Made by a program: the position numbers and the translations under genes. From contig JBPOFD010000006.1 of the NCBI GenBank assembly GCA_051252055.1, positions 62,657 through 126,656 on the forward strand: a stretch of DNA of 64,000 nt, read 5' to 3'. Origin of the DNA: Sulfitobacter sp. (GTDB lineage Bacteria; Pseudomonadota; Alphaproteobacteria; Rhodobacterales; Rhodobacteraceae). Shown here one piece after another: positions 20,262 to 30,071 of the stretch (position 1 is the stretch's first letter; each line of letters opens with the position of its first letter). Under the pieces are notes generated by a model that did no database searches, was not told the DNA's origin, and saw only the letters and a list, made by a program, of their open reading frames with translations.

Positions 20262-20358
20262 GCCCCGTATATTTTTAGCCAAAGCCCTAAGCGGTGATTG
20301 TGTCGGCGCGCCCCTTGGCTTAGGCAAGGCGTGCTTGTGAAAGACCATTGGAGCCATC

Positions 20359-21699
20359 ATGCGACTGAGCCGTTATTTCTTGCCTGTGCTGAAAGAGACC
20401 CCTTCGGAGGCGCAGATTGTCAGCCACCGGTTGATGTTGCGTGCGGGGATGATCAAACAATCCGCGGCAGGGATTTATTCGTGGTTGCCGCTGGGCTTCA
20501 AAGTGCTGCGCAAGATCGAAGATATTGTGCATCAAGAACAGGCGCGTGCGGGCCATTTGGCGATGCTGATGCCGACCATTCAATCGGCGGATCTGTGGCG
20601 CGAAAGCGGGCGGTATGACGCCTATGGCGACGAGATGTTGCGCATCACGGACCGGGGCGGGCGCGATATGCTGTTCACGCCCACCGCCGAGGAGTTGATC
20701 ACCGATATTTTCCGCAGCCATGTGAGCAGCTACCGCGATTTGCCGCTGACCATGTATCAGATCCAGTGGAAATTCCGCGATGAAGTGCGCCCGCGTTTTG
20801 GCGTGATGCGGGGCCGCGAGTTCTTGATGAAAGACGGCTATAACTTTGATTTGACAAAAGAAGACGCGCTGCATGCGTATAACCGCCATCTGGTCAGCTA
20901 TCTGCGGACCTATGAGCGGATGGGGTTGCAGGCGATTCCGATGCGCGCCGATAGCGGCCCGATTGGCGGCGATGACACGCATGAGTTCCTTGTGCTGGCC
21001 GACACCGGCGAATCGGAGGTGTTCTATGACAGCGCCGTGACCGATCTGAGCTTTGGTGACCGGGACATTGATTTCACCGATGTTGCGCAATGTGCCGCGA
21101 TCATGGAGGAATTCACCTCCAAATATGCGCGCACCGATGAGACCCATGACGAGGCGCTGTTTAACGAAGTACCTCAAGAGCGCCGCCGCACCGCACGCGG
21201 CATCGAAGTTGGGCAAATCTTTTACTTCGGGACCAAATATTCCGATGCGATGGGTGCCAAGGTGCAAGGCCCCGATGGCAAGCCTGTGCCGGTGCATATG
21301 GGCAGTCACGGGATTGGCGTGAGCCGTCTGCTGGGCGCGATTATCGAGGCCAGCCATGACGATAAGGGCATCATCTGGCCCGTAGGCGTGACGCCGTTCC
21401 ATGCAGGTATTGTGAACCTGCGCCAAGGCGACGCCGAAGCGGATGCGGCCTGTGAGGCGATTTACAGCAGCCTGCAAACGCTGGGTCTGGACCCGCTTTA
21501 TGATGACCGCAAAGAAGGCGCGGGCAGCAAATTTGCCTCGATGGATCTGATTGGTCTGCCATGGCGGATCACCGTGGGGCCACGCGGGCTCAAGAACGGT
21601 GTGGTTGAGCTAACGAGCCGCCGCACGGGCGAGAGTGAAGAGTTGCCGCCAGAAGAGGCCGTGGCGCGTTTGGCGAAAATCTACGCGGGCAAGCTGTAA
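20359..21699 (+). CDS. proS: proline--tRNA ligase (short alpha-type)
   Basis: [32 protein letters not shown]...; 446 aa. Confidence 0.97.
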   Translation: MRLSRYFLPVLKETPSEAQIVSHRLMLRAGMIKQSAAGIYSWLPLGFKVLRKIEDIVHQEQARAGHLAMLMPTIQSADLWRESGRYDAYGDEMLRITDRGGRDMLFTPTAEELITDIFRSHVSSYRDLPLTMYQIQWKFRDEVRPRFGVMRGREFLMKDGYNFDLTKEDALHAYNRHLVSYLRTYERMGLQAIPMRADSGPIGGDDTHEFLVLADTGESEVFYDSAVTDLSFGDRDIDFTDVAQCAAIMEEFTSKYARTDETHDEALFNEVPQERRRTARGIEVGQIFYFGTKYSDAMGAKVQGPDGKPVPVHMGSHGIGVSRLLGAIIEASHDDKGIIWPVGVTPFHAGIVNLRQGDAEADAACEAIYSSLQTLGLDPLYDDRKEGAGSKFASMDLIGLPWRITVGPRGLKNGVVELTSRRTGESEELPPEEAVARLAKIYAGKL

Positions 21700-21735
21700 C
21701 GGCTTGGCCTGCGGCGCGCGGAGGGCGAGGCGGCA

Positions 21736-22233
21736 ATGATCCTGCGGGCGCTGACAGTTGCGGGAGGATTGGCAGGGGCGGCGGCAACGTCGCAATTCCC
21801 TGAATTCTCTCAGCAATATGTGCAGCGTCTGGGCGGGGCCGTGGATGCGCTGGGCGAGGTTGTGGCGGATTTTGACGCCTCAGCCGCCGCCGAGGGTTTG
21901 AGCCGCGAGGGTGCGTTGGCGCAGATGCAGGGCAATGATTTCATTGCCCGCCGCCGCGCCGATATGGCGCGCAGTTTTGCCCGATATGACAGGTTGAGCG
22001 CGGATTTGCAGGCGTTGCAGGGGCAGGGGCCGTTTACCCGCGCCTATCAACTGCAACGCTTTCGCGACCCCGAGATTGCGCGTGCCGCTTGGGCCGCCTA
22101 TCAGCCCGCCGTGCCGATCAATTTTGCGGGGCTGAGCTTTGCCGGGCTTGGCTTTGTGCTGGGCATGCTGGGGGCGGGGATCTGCCTGCGGCTTCTTGCT
22201 TGGCCCTTGCGGCGCAAGCCAAGGCGGGCTTGA
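21736..22233 (+). CDS. DUF2937-like membrane-associated protein
   Basis: SQFPEFSQQYVQRLGGAVDAL N-terminal motif and a C-terminal TM; 165 aa. Confidence 0.7.
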   Translation: MILRALTVAGGLAGAAATSQFPEFSQQYVQRLGGAVDALGEVVADFDASAAAEGLSREGALAQMQGNDFIARRRADMARSFARYDRLSADLQALQGQGPFTRAYQLQRFRDPEIARAAWAAYQPAVPINFAGLSFAGLGFVLGMLGAGICLRLLAWPLRRKPRRA

Positions 22234-22284
22234 CCGCGCCCCGGCAACAGGCGAGTTTGCCGAAAAACCGAAAGAGCAGGCAGT

Positions 22285-23577
22285 ATGGCCCATAAAACCC
22301 CTCCCTTTGCGCCGTTTGAATGGATGATCGCCTGGCGTTATTTGCGCGCGCGCCGTGCCGAAGGCGGGGTGAGCGTGATGACGTGGATCAGCCTGATTGG
22401 CATCACCTTGGCGGTGTTTGCGTTGATCGCGACCCTATCGGTGCGCGCCGGGTTTCGGGCGGAGTTTGTCGACACGATCTTGGGGGCCAATGCCCATGTG
22501 ACGGTCTATAGTTTTGGCACGGTCAGCGAGACCGGATTTGTTGACCGCACCATTCCTGATTACCCCCAGTGGGTGAGCGCGGTTTCGGCGGTGCCCGGTG
22601 TGACCCGTGTGGCGCCTTTGGTGCGCGGGCAGGTGATGGCCAATGCGGGCCAGCAAAACGCGGGCGTGCAGGTTTATGGCATCGCTTTGCCCGATCTCAA
22701 GACCATTCCGCGTATTGCCAACCCCGACACAGCCGAAGGGGATATTGAGGCATTACAAGGCGATAGCGTGATTGCTATTGGGTCGGGCGTGGCGCGGGAA
22801 TTGGGGGTCGGGCTTGGCGATCGGGTCAAGCTGATCTCGCCCAATGGGGTGAAGACCGCCTTTGGCACCAGCCCGCGGATCAAGTCGTATGAGGTGGTTT
22901 ATGTGTTCAGCGCCGGGCGCTATGACATTGACCGCACGCGGGCCTATTTGCCCTTTGAGGAGGCGCAGAGCTTTTTCAACCGCGAAGGGGTGGCGGATGA
23001 GCTTGAGGTGATGATCACTGACCCTGACCATGTGGAGGAGATTGCGCCCGCGATCCAAGTGGCCTCGGGGCCGCTGGGGCAGGTCTGGACGTGGAAAGAC
23101 AGCTCTGCCTCGTTCCTTTCGGCCTTGGATATCGAGGATAACGTGATGTTTGTGATCCTGTCTGTGCTGGTGCTGATTGCGGCGATGAACATCACCTCGG
23201 GGCTGATCATGTTGGTGAAAAACAAGGGGCGCGATATCGGGATTTTGCGCACCATGGGGCTGAGTGAAGGCTCAGTGTTGCGGGTGTTTTTCATCTGCGG
23301 CGCGTTTACCGGGATTATCGGCACGGTGGCTGGGGTGATTTTGGGCTGTCTGTTTGCGGTCTATGTGGACCAGATTTTTGCCGTGGTGAATTACCTGTCG
23401 GGCGGCGATGCGTGGGATCCTTCGATCCGGGGGATCTATGCGCTGCCAGCGAAATTGCAGCTGGTGGATGTGTTGTCGGCGGTGGCTTTGTCGCTGGGGC
23501 TGTCTTTTGTTGTGACCATTTTTCCGGCCCGCCGTGCGGCGCGGATGAACCCGGTGGAGGCGCTGCGCTATGAGTGA
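22285..23577 (+). CDS. lipoprotein-releasing ABC transporter permease (LolC/E family)
   Basis: 430 aa; [15 protein letters not shown]-terminus and FtsX-type C-terminal TMs. Overlaps lolD by 8 nt. Confidence 0.9.
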   Translation: MAHKTPPFAPFEWMIAWRYLRARRAEGGVSVMTWISLIGITLAVFALIATLSVRAGFRAEFVDTILGANAHVTVYSFGTVSETGFVDRTIPDYPQWVSAVSAVPGVTRVAPLVRGQVMANAGQQNAGVQVYGIALPDLKTIPRIANPDTAEGDIEALQGDSVIAIGSGVARELGVGLGDRVKLISPNGVKTAFGTSPRIKSYEVVYVFSAGRYDIDRTRAYLPFEEAQSFFNREGVADELEVMITDPDHVEEIAPAIQVASGPLGQVWTWKDSSASFLSALDIEDNVMFVILSVLVLIAAMNITSGLIMLVKNKGRDIGILRTMGLSEGSVLRVFFICGAFTGIIGTVAGVILGCLFAVYVDQIFAVVNYLSGGDAWDPSIRGIYALPAKLQLVDVLSAVALSLGLSFVVTIFPARRAARMNPVEALRYE

Positions 23578-24256
23578 TCCTATTTTGCGCCTGTCGGGCA
23601 TCAGCAAAGCCTATAACGCGGGAAAACCCAATGAAGTGAACGTGTTACGCGGCATTGATCTGGAGTTGCAGCCGGGCGAGATTGTCGCGCTTGTGGCCCC
23701 GTCGGGGGCGGGGAAATCGACGCTGCTGCATATTGCGGGGCTGCTGGACGTGGCCGATAGCGGGCGCGTTGAGATCGGCGGGCAAGACATGAGCGGCAAA
23801 CGCGACCGGCTGCGCACGCAGGTGCGGCGGCAGGATGTGGGGTTCATTTACCAGTTTCACCATCTGCTGCCGGAGTTTTCCGCGTTGGAGAATATCGTGC
23901 TGCCGCAGCTGGCCAATGGCATCGGGCGCGGGCAGGCCGAGCAGCGCGCGCGCGATTTGCTGGAGCAGGTGGGGGTGGCCCCGCGCGCCGCGCACCGACC
24001 CGCAGCCCTGTCGGGCGGCGAGCAGCAGCGGGTGGCGTTTTGCCGGGCGCTGGCTAATGCGCCGCGTCTGTTGCTGGCCGATGAGCCGACGGGAAATCTG
24101 GACCCCAGCACCTCGGAGCAGGTGTTTGCCGCGCTGCTGGAACTGGTGCGCAGCACCGGGCTGTCGGCATTGATTGCGACCCATAATCTGGAGCTCGCGG
24201 GGCGGATGGACCGGCAATTGCGCTTGGAACAGGGCCAGCTAATTACCAGTCTTTAA
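23570..24256 (+). CDS. lolD: lipoprotein-releasing ABC transporter ATPase
   Basis: Walker A GAGKST, signature LSGGEQQR, Walker [10 protein letters not shown]. Confidence 0.92.
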   Translation: MSDPILRLSGISKAYNAGKPNEVNVLRGIDLELQPGEIVALVAPSGAGKSTLLHIAGLLDVADSGRVEIGGQDMSGKRDRLRTQVRRQDVGFIYQFHHLLPEFSALENIVLPQLANGIGRGQAEQRARDLLEQVGVAPRAAHRPAALSGGEQQRVAFCRALANAPRLLLADEPTGNLDPSTSEQVFAALLELVRSTGLSALIATHNLELAGRMDRQLRLEQGQLITSL

Positions 24257-24315
24257 CCATATTGTGACCATATTCCCCTCATAGGTTGCTGTTAACCAGA
24301 TAGGGAACAACCGCA

Positions 24316-25065
24316 ATGACCGCTTGGATGATCATGATGCTTGTCGCAGCAGGGCCGATGATGGCGCTGATGGACAGTTTCGGCGATGACGAAGGCGCGG
24401 ATGACAGTGGCGACGAGAGCGGCGATCAAGACCCGGTTGATCAGACCGGCGTAGACCTGTTGGACAGCGTCGATACTTCCGGCGATGAAGACGTTGATGC
24501 GGATGGCGATGCAGAGCCTTTGGTAAACGAGCAGAGTTTTACCGACGGGGACGATGAATTTACCGGCACAGATGCGGCGCGGCAGTTCCTTGATATGGGC
24601 GCGGGTAATGATGCGGCCAGCGGCGGGCGTTTATCCGATGTGATCCAAGGCGGCAGCGGCGCAGACACGCTTTCGGGCGGCGGTGGCGGCGATTATCTCT
24701 ATGCGGATGATGCCAATTCGGCCTCTGCCTCGGATGAGGATGTTGATTTTCTTGATGGTGGCGCCGGGGCGGATTACCTCTATTTTGGCAATGGGGATGT
24801 GGCCACGGGCGGCAGCGGCGAGGATATTTTCACGTTGCGCCAAGACCTTGATGGCAATGCGACAATCACTGATTTTGACAGCAATGCCGATACGATTGTG
24901 TTTGAAACCGATGATCCAGAGGGACTGAGCATTGCGGCGCAGATCTTTACCGACACGGGTATGATTATTGAGCTGAGCAATGGCGCCACGCTGACGCTGG
25001 AAGGCGCGGAAGGCCAGATTGAAGAGAGCCAGATCAGCTTTCAAGAAGTGATCGGGCTGAGCTAG
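24316..25065 (+). CDS. acidic calcium-binding protein with hemolysin-type (RTX-like) Gly/Asp repeats
   Basis: GGSGADTLSGGGGGDYLYADD and LDGGAGADYLYFGNGD nonapeptide-like repeats; very acidic; hydrophobic N-terminus (MIMMLVAAGPMMAL). Confidence 0.7.
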   Translation: MTAWMIMMLVAAGPMMALMDSFGDDEGADDSGDESGDQDPVDQTGVDLLDSVDTSGDEDVDADGDAEPLVNEQSFTDGDDEFTGTDAARQFLDMGAGNDAASGGRLSDVIQGGSGADTLSGGGGGDYLYADDANSASASDEDVDFLDGGAGADYLYFGNGDVATGGSGEDIFTLRQDLDGNATITDFDSNADTIVFETDDPEGLSIAAQIFTDTGMIIELSNGATLTLEGAEGQIEESQISFQEVIGLS

Positions 25066-25167
25066 TTTCCGGAGCGTTACGGGGCGCTGCCTTGACCACG
25101 TTGCCTTGACGGGGGCGGGATGGCTTGGGCATGCTGGGTGTATTCCGAGTTGAAAGGGTACCCCGAC

Positions 25168-26157
25168 ATGGCAATGATCCCGCTGGACCAGATTGAAACC
25201 ACCACATTTGAGGCGCTGCGCCGCGCGGGAGCGGATGAGTTTCCCGCCCGCGAAGTGGCCCGCGCCGTGCGCGAGGCCGAGGCTACAGGCAACCGCATTT
25301 GCGGGCTTTATTACGTTGAGAGCTATTGCCAGCAGTTGCGCTCTGGCCGGGTGAAGGGCCAAGCGCGGCCCAAGGTGCAAATGCCGCGAGCGGGTATGGT
25401 GCGGGTGGATGCGGGGTATGGGTTTGCCCAGCCTGCCTTTACCGCCGGATTGCCGCAGGCCTTGGCGGCGGCGCGCAGTTGCGGCATTGCCAGCCTTGCG
25501 GTGGGCGCGGCGCATACCTGTACCTCGCTGGGCTATTTCACCGGGCAGATCGCGCGCGCAGGGATGATCGGCATCGGCTTTACCAACGCCTCGCCGATTG
25601 TGGCCGCGCCGGGGGGCAAAAGCCGGGTGATTGGCACCAATCCCATCGCGTTTTCTGTGCCCGATGGGCAGGGCGGCGTGGCGCTGCAATTTGATCAATC
25701 GACCACCACGGTGGCGCTTGGCAAGATCACCATGGCCAAGGCGGCGGGCGAGAAAATCCCCGAAGGCTGGGCGCTGGATGCGCAGGGCCAGCCCACGACG
25801 GACCCGGCGGCGGCGCTGGGGGGATCGCTGGTGTCGATGGGCGGCTATAAGGGCTGGGGTTTTGGGTTGATGGCGGAGCTGCTCGCGGCGGGCATGGCGG
25901 GCGGGGTGCTGTCGCGTGATGTCAAACCGCTCAAGGCGCCGGAGGGTGCGCCGCATGATCTGGGGCAATATTATATCTTGATTGATCCAAATGGCGCGGA
26001 AGATTTTGACGCGAAACTGGCGGCGCTGAGCGCTGCTGCTAGCGCCGATCCGGGGGCGCGGATGCCGGGGCAGAGCCGGGTTTTTGCCGATCCGGTCGAG
26101 GTGCCGCAGGCGCTTTGGGAACAGATGTCAGGGCTTGCCGAAGGGGTAGGCGGTTAG
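25168..26157 (+). CDS. Ldh_2 family (malate/L-lactate/sulfolactate dehydrogenase-like) oxidoreductase
   Basis: Trimmed to MAMIPLDQIETT...; family-typical GxNPIAF and GYKGWG motifs. Confidence 0.85.
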   Translation: MAMIPLDQIETTTFEALRRAGADEFPAREVARAVREAEATGNRICGLYYVESYCQQLRSGRVKGQARPKVQMPRAGMVRVDAGYGFAQPAFTAGLPQALAAARSCGIASLAVGAAHTCTSLGYFTGQIARAGMIGIGFTNASPIVAAPGGKSRVIGTNPIAFSVPDGQGGVALQFDQSTTTVALGKITMAKAAGEKIPEGWALDAQGQPTTDPAAALGGSLVSMGGYKGWGFGLMAELLAAGMAGGVLSRDVKPLKAPEGAPHDLGQYYILIDPNGAEDFDAKLAALSAAASADPGARMPGQSRVFADPVEVPQALWEQMSGLAEGVGG

Positions 26158-26837
26158 CCGCAAATCCCTTTGATTTCAACGCCGTCCCACGGCAGGCCCA
26201 CGGCGGATTGCCGCGCCTTCGAGAGCGGGGCGACGGGCATGACTTCGGCAATCATCGCGTGCAATCGCTGGGTTCGGGGGGCCTGCGGGGCGAGGCTGCG
26301 GCAGCAGACAAATTCCTCGACGATGGCGCCTTGTTGTTCAAAGGCGAAATCCAGAAAACCGGCGGTGCCGCCGATTTCAAACAGATAGGGATCGCCGCCG
26401 GGGCTGTGTTCGGAGGCGGCGCGCAGGGGCGAGTATCCGGTGAGTTTGCGGTTCTGCCACTGCCAGACATGGGTCAGCTCATGGGCCAGAAACATCGCGG
26501 CGACCAGACCGATTTTATCAGGGTATTCAGGTAGATAGTCGTCGAGATACCAGTCTTTATCAAAGAGCACCGTGTTGAAGAGCGCAACCGCTGCGGGTTT
26601 TGAGGTGACGGTGGTTTCCTCGGGCGGCAGCGGCGGCAGGATCAGCTCGCGGCAGGTGGTGCGCGGGCGCGGTTTGCGCCGGAAAGTCACGGCCCGCGTG
26701 GGCGCGCCGTCATGCAGGCGGACCTTGGACATGTCGAGCCCCGCGCCGTGGATCGTGCCTGCAAAAGCGCGCTCGGCCTCGGTCAGCGGACGCCCGCAGG
26801 AGGCCAAAAACAGCAAAAGGATCAGGGCGCGTTTCAT
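26154..26837 (-). CDS. lipoprotein with zincin-like HExxH motif
   Basis: Track ORF 26154..27296 trimmed to MKRALILLLFLASCG (lipobox LASC). Contains AHELTHVWQWQ. Confidence 0.7.
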   Translation of the reverse strand: MKRALILLLFLASCGRPLTEAERAFAGTIHGAGLDMSKVRLHDGAPTRAVTFRRKPRPRTTCRELILPPLPPEETTVTSKPAAVALFNTVLFDKDWYLDDYLPEYPDKIGLVAAMFLAHELTHVWQWQNRKLTGYSPLRAASEHSPGGDPYLFEIGGTAGFLDFAFEQQGAIVEEFVCCRSLAPQAPRTQRLHAMIAEVMPVAPLSKARQSAVGLPWDGVEIKGICG

Positions 26838-26941
26838 GCCCGCAGTAAGGCGCGGGGCGCGGGCAGGTTCAAGCGGTTTTTGCGTAAATCGGCGTACACG
26901 ACATGTGCACCGACTGTGCACAGAGCGTCTGCCGGGGGCGC

Positions 26942-27343
26942 TTAGCGGGCGAAGGTGGCTGTGGCGAGGGCGACTTCTTTGCCGGAGGGGTCGGCCAGCA
27001 AGGTGCAGCGCGCGAAGATCATGGATTTGCCCGCCCGCGTGACCTGCGCGCGCGCGGTGATCTGGGTGCCGCTGGCGGGGCGCAGGAATTGCGTGTCGAG
27101 GGTGACGGTGCCCACGGGGATCATCTCGCCCAGATGCCCGCCGATGGCGAGGACCATGGCGGTGTCGGCGAGGGCGGTGAGCGCCTGGCCGCAGACGATG
27201 CCGCCGGTGCGCGCCAGAGCGGAGGTGATGGGCATGGTGAGGGTGGTTTGCGCGGGGGTGATTTGGGCGACGGTGATGTCGAGCGCCTGCACCCACGGGG
27301 CGAAGTTTTCTGCGAGGAAGGTTTGGGCGGTTTGGGGTGTCAT
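26942..27343 (-). CDS. PaaI-family hotdog-fold thioesterase
   Basis: 133 aa; GGIVCGQALTALADTA... pattern typical of PaaI/YbgC-like thioesterases. Confidence 0.85.
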   Translation of the reverse strand: MTPQTAQTFLAENFAPWVQALDITVAQITPAQTTLTMPITSALARTGGIVCGQALTALADTAMVLAIGGHLGEMIPVGTVTLDTQFLRPASGTQITARAQVTRAGKSMIFARCTLLADPSGKEVALATATFAR

Positions 27344-27373
27344 GGGGTGATCCTTTGGGTTGGGATCAGTTTA

Positions 27374-27400
27374 GGGGGATGTGGGGGGAGGGGAAGGGGG
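27374..27400 (+). other. G-quadruplex-type motif (G5-N4-G6-N1-G4-N2-G5)
   Basis: GGGGGATGTGGGGGGAGGGGAAGGGGG read directly. It sits at the junction between the core sequence and the low-GC islet. Confidence 0.6.
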
Positions 27401-27408
27401 ATTTGATT

Positions 27409-27975
27409 TTATGGGGAGCAAGGGACGGTTAGGGAATGCCAAAAAAGGCCCTTGCCGGACACTGCACAATCCAACGCATAGGGATACGAAAGAGCGATAA
27501 TAGCGATTACAACGGGGACAGCCAAATCAATCGCTAGAAACTCGAGTGCTTTCAAGAGTTGAAATAAGCGATCGAACAGTAGCTCTGTTTGGCGTTCTTG
27601 ATAAGCAAATTTTTCTTTGTGATTAGCAAGGTTCTCTTCTGGTGTGTCTGGCGCGCTCGCCGGAGAGTAGATGTCGCCTATCATCCATGAAATGTGCTTT
27701 TCATTCCTGATCTTGGATCGTGCGATTTGGTTCGTTGCGCAAACCTCGAAAATGCGAGGTATCTCGCGAACGAGAAAAGTGAAAAGGAAAAATGCCGTAA
27801 GGATTTGACCCGCTCGAATAGCTTTCGGTGGCGAAATCAAAATTTCGAGGCTTAGAAAATGTAGAATATTTTGGGTGAAGTCGAGCGAAGCGAATATGAG
27901 GGTAAAGCTAGCCGCTGAAATTAGCGCTCGCTTTGCGCCTTTGCTGCTACTTGCCGTAATATCATTAAAATACAA
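27409..27975 (-). CDS. low-GC ORFan, predicted membrane protein
   Basis: The only open frame across an AT-rich stretch (188 codons without a stop at about 46% GC). Three hydrophobic segments. TTG start 13 nt after the parE stop, with GAGGGA about 8 nt upstream. Third codon positions are about half A/T, unlike the neighbours. Confidence 0.55.
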   Translation of the reverse strand: MYFNDITASSSKGAKRALISAASFTLIFASLDFTQNILHFLSLEILISPPKAIRAGQILTAFFLFTFLVREIPRIFEVCATNQIARSKIRNEKHISWMIGDIYSPASAPDTPEENLANHKEKFAYQERQTELLFDRLFQLLKALEFLAIDLAVPVVIAIIALSYPYALDCAVSGKGLFWHSLTVPCSP

Positions 27976-27987
27976 TTGTGGTTTCCC

Positions 27988-29943
27988 TCAAACATCCAAT
28001 TCCTCAACAAATTTTGCGTTCTCTTGAATATATTGAAAACGCAACTCTGGCTTTTTGCCCATCAGGCGTTCGACCAGATCGCTGGTTTCGCCGGGCATGT
28101 CTTCGTCCACGGTCACGCGGATCAATTTCCGCGTGCTGGGGTCCATGGTGGTCTCTTTGAGGTCTTTCGCGTCCATTTCACCCAGACCTTTGAAGCGAGA
28201 GACGTCGATTTTGCCTTTGCCGCCAAGGCCTTTTTCCAGCCAGACGTCGCGTTCCGCTTCGTCGAGGCAATAGACGCGTTTGGCGCCTTGGGTCAGGCGG
28301 AAGAGCGGCGGGCAAGCCAGGTAGAGGTGGCCTGCGTCAATCAGCGGGCGCATTTGTGTGAAGAAGAATGTCATGAGCAGCGCCGCGATATGCGCGCCGT
28401 CCACGTCGGCGTCGGTCATGATGATGATCTTGTCATAGCGCAGGTCATCGAGGTTGAATTTTGTGCCCATGCCCACGCCAAGCGCTTCGCAGAGGTCGCT
28501 GATTTCGGCATTGGTGTTGAGCTTGCCCGAGGCCGCGCCCAGCACGTTGAGGATTTTACCTTTCAGCGGCAGCAGCGCTTGGTTCACCCGGTTGCGCGCG
28601 CCTTTGCCTGAGCCGCCAGCGGAATCGCCCTCGACGATGAAGAGTTCCGTGCCGATGCGGTCTTTGCTGGTGCAATCGGTGAGTTTGCCGGGCAGGCGCA
28701 GTTTCTTGGTCGCGGTTTTGCGGGCGGTTTCTTTTTCTTGGCGGCGGCGCAGGCGTTCTTCGGCGCGCAGCACGAGGAAATCGAGGATCGCGCCTGCGGA
28801 TTTTGTATCGGCGGCCAGCCAGTTGTCGAAGTGGTCGCGCACGGCGCCTTCGGTCATTTTGGCGGCGATTTCTGAGGAGAGGCGGTCTTTGGTTTGGCCA
28901 ACAAATGCGGGCTCTGCGATGAAGCAAGAGACCAGCGCGCAGCCGCCAGACATCAGGTCTTCGCGGGTGATTTGCGCGGCTTTTTTGTTGTTGGCAAGTT
29001 CGCCGTAAGCTTTGATGCCTTTGAGGATGGCGGCCCAGAAACCTGCCACATGGGTGCCGCCTTCGGGGGTGGGCACGGTGTTACAATAAGATTGGATGAA
29101 GCCATCGCGCGACGGGGTCCAGTTGATGGCCCATTCGACCTTGCCCGCTTCACCGAATTTCTCGCGGAAATCGACGGTGCCGGCAAAGGCGTTTTCGGAA
29201 TAGGTGGTGGCTTTGCCCAAGGTTTCGCCAAGGTAATCGGAGAGGCCGCCGGGGAAGTGGAACGTGGCTTCGGTGGGGGTTTCGCCGTCATTGATGGCGG
29301 TTTTCCAGCGGATTTCCACGCCGGAGAACAGATAGGCTTTGGAGCGGATGGAGTTGAACAGCCGCGCCGGTTTGAAACGGTGGCCGCCAAAGATTTCCGC
29401 ATCGGCGTGGAAGGTCACCGTGGTGCCGCGCCGATTGGGGGCGGCCCCGACTTTCTCCACCGGGCCAAGCGGCAACCCGCGCGAAAAGCGTTGCTCATAG
29501 AGCTCTTTGTTGCGCGCGACCTGCACGATCATACTGTCCGAGAGCGCGTTGACCACCGAGGCGCCAACCCCGTGCAGACCGCCCGAGGTCTCATAGGCTT
29601 TGCCCGAGAATTTGCCCCCCGCGTGCAGGGTGCACAAGATCACTTCGAGGGCGGATTTATCGGGGAATTTTGGGTGCGGATCGATCGGGATGCCGCGGCC
29701 ATTGTCGCGGATGGTGACGGAGTAATCTTCGTGCAGCTCCACCTCGATGCGGTTGGCATGGCCTGCCACCGCTTCGTCCATGGAGTTGTCGAGCACTTCG
29801 GCCACCAGATGGTGCAGCGCCCGCTCATCTGTGCCGCCGATATACATGCCGGGGCGCTTGCGCACAGGCTCGAGCCCCTCCAGCACTTCAATGGAGGAGG
29901 CATCATAATCGGAAGCTTCGCTGGCGCTCAGAAGGTCGGACAT
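27988..29943 (-). CDS. parE: DNA topoisomerase IV subunit B
   Basis: 651 aa; GHKL ATPase N-terminus (LEGLEPVRKRPGMYIGG), Toprim EGDSAGG, C-terminus ...IQENAKFVEELDV. The length fits ParE rather than GyrB. Confidence 0.93.
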   Translation of the reverse strand: MSDLLSASEASDYDASSIEVLEGLEPVRKRPGMYIGGTDERALHHLVAEVLDNSMDEAVAGHANRIEVELHEDYSVTIRDNGRGIPIDPHPKFPDKSALEVILCTLHAGGKFSGKAYETSGGLHGVGASVVNALSDSMIVQVARNKELYEQRFSRGLPLGPVEKVGAAPNRRGTTVTFHADAEIFGGHRFKPARLFNSIRSKAYLFSGVEIRWKTAINDGETPTEATFHFPGGLSDYLGETLGKATTYSENAFAGTVDFREKFGEAGKVEWAINWTPSRDGFIQSYCNTVPTPEGGTHVAGFWAAILKGIKAYGELANNKKAAQITREDLMSGGCALVSCFIAEPAFVGQTKDRLSSEIAAKMTEGAVRDHFDNWLAADTKSAGAILDFLVLRAEERLRRRQEKETARKTATKKLRLPGKLTDCTSKDRIGTELFIVEGDSAGGSGKGARNRVNQALLPLKGKILNVLGAASGKLNTNAEISDLCEALGVGMGTKFNLDDLRYDKIIIMTDADVDGAHIAALLMTFFFTQMRPLIDAGHLYLACPPLFRLTQGAKRVYCLDEAERDVWLEKGLGGKGKIDVSRFKGLGEMDAKDLKETTMDPSTRKLIRVTVDEDMPGETSDLVERLMGKKPELRFQYIQENAKFVEELDV

Positions 29944-30071
29944 ACGGGCTGCTCATCTTGTTTTGATTGCTGGCCACTATGGCAGAGCGCGGCCAATGGG
30001 GGAAGGGGCTGCGGGGGTTTTCACTGTGGATAAACCCTGCCAATCTGGGCGCGTGCGAAAAGGAGCAGCCA

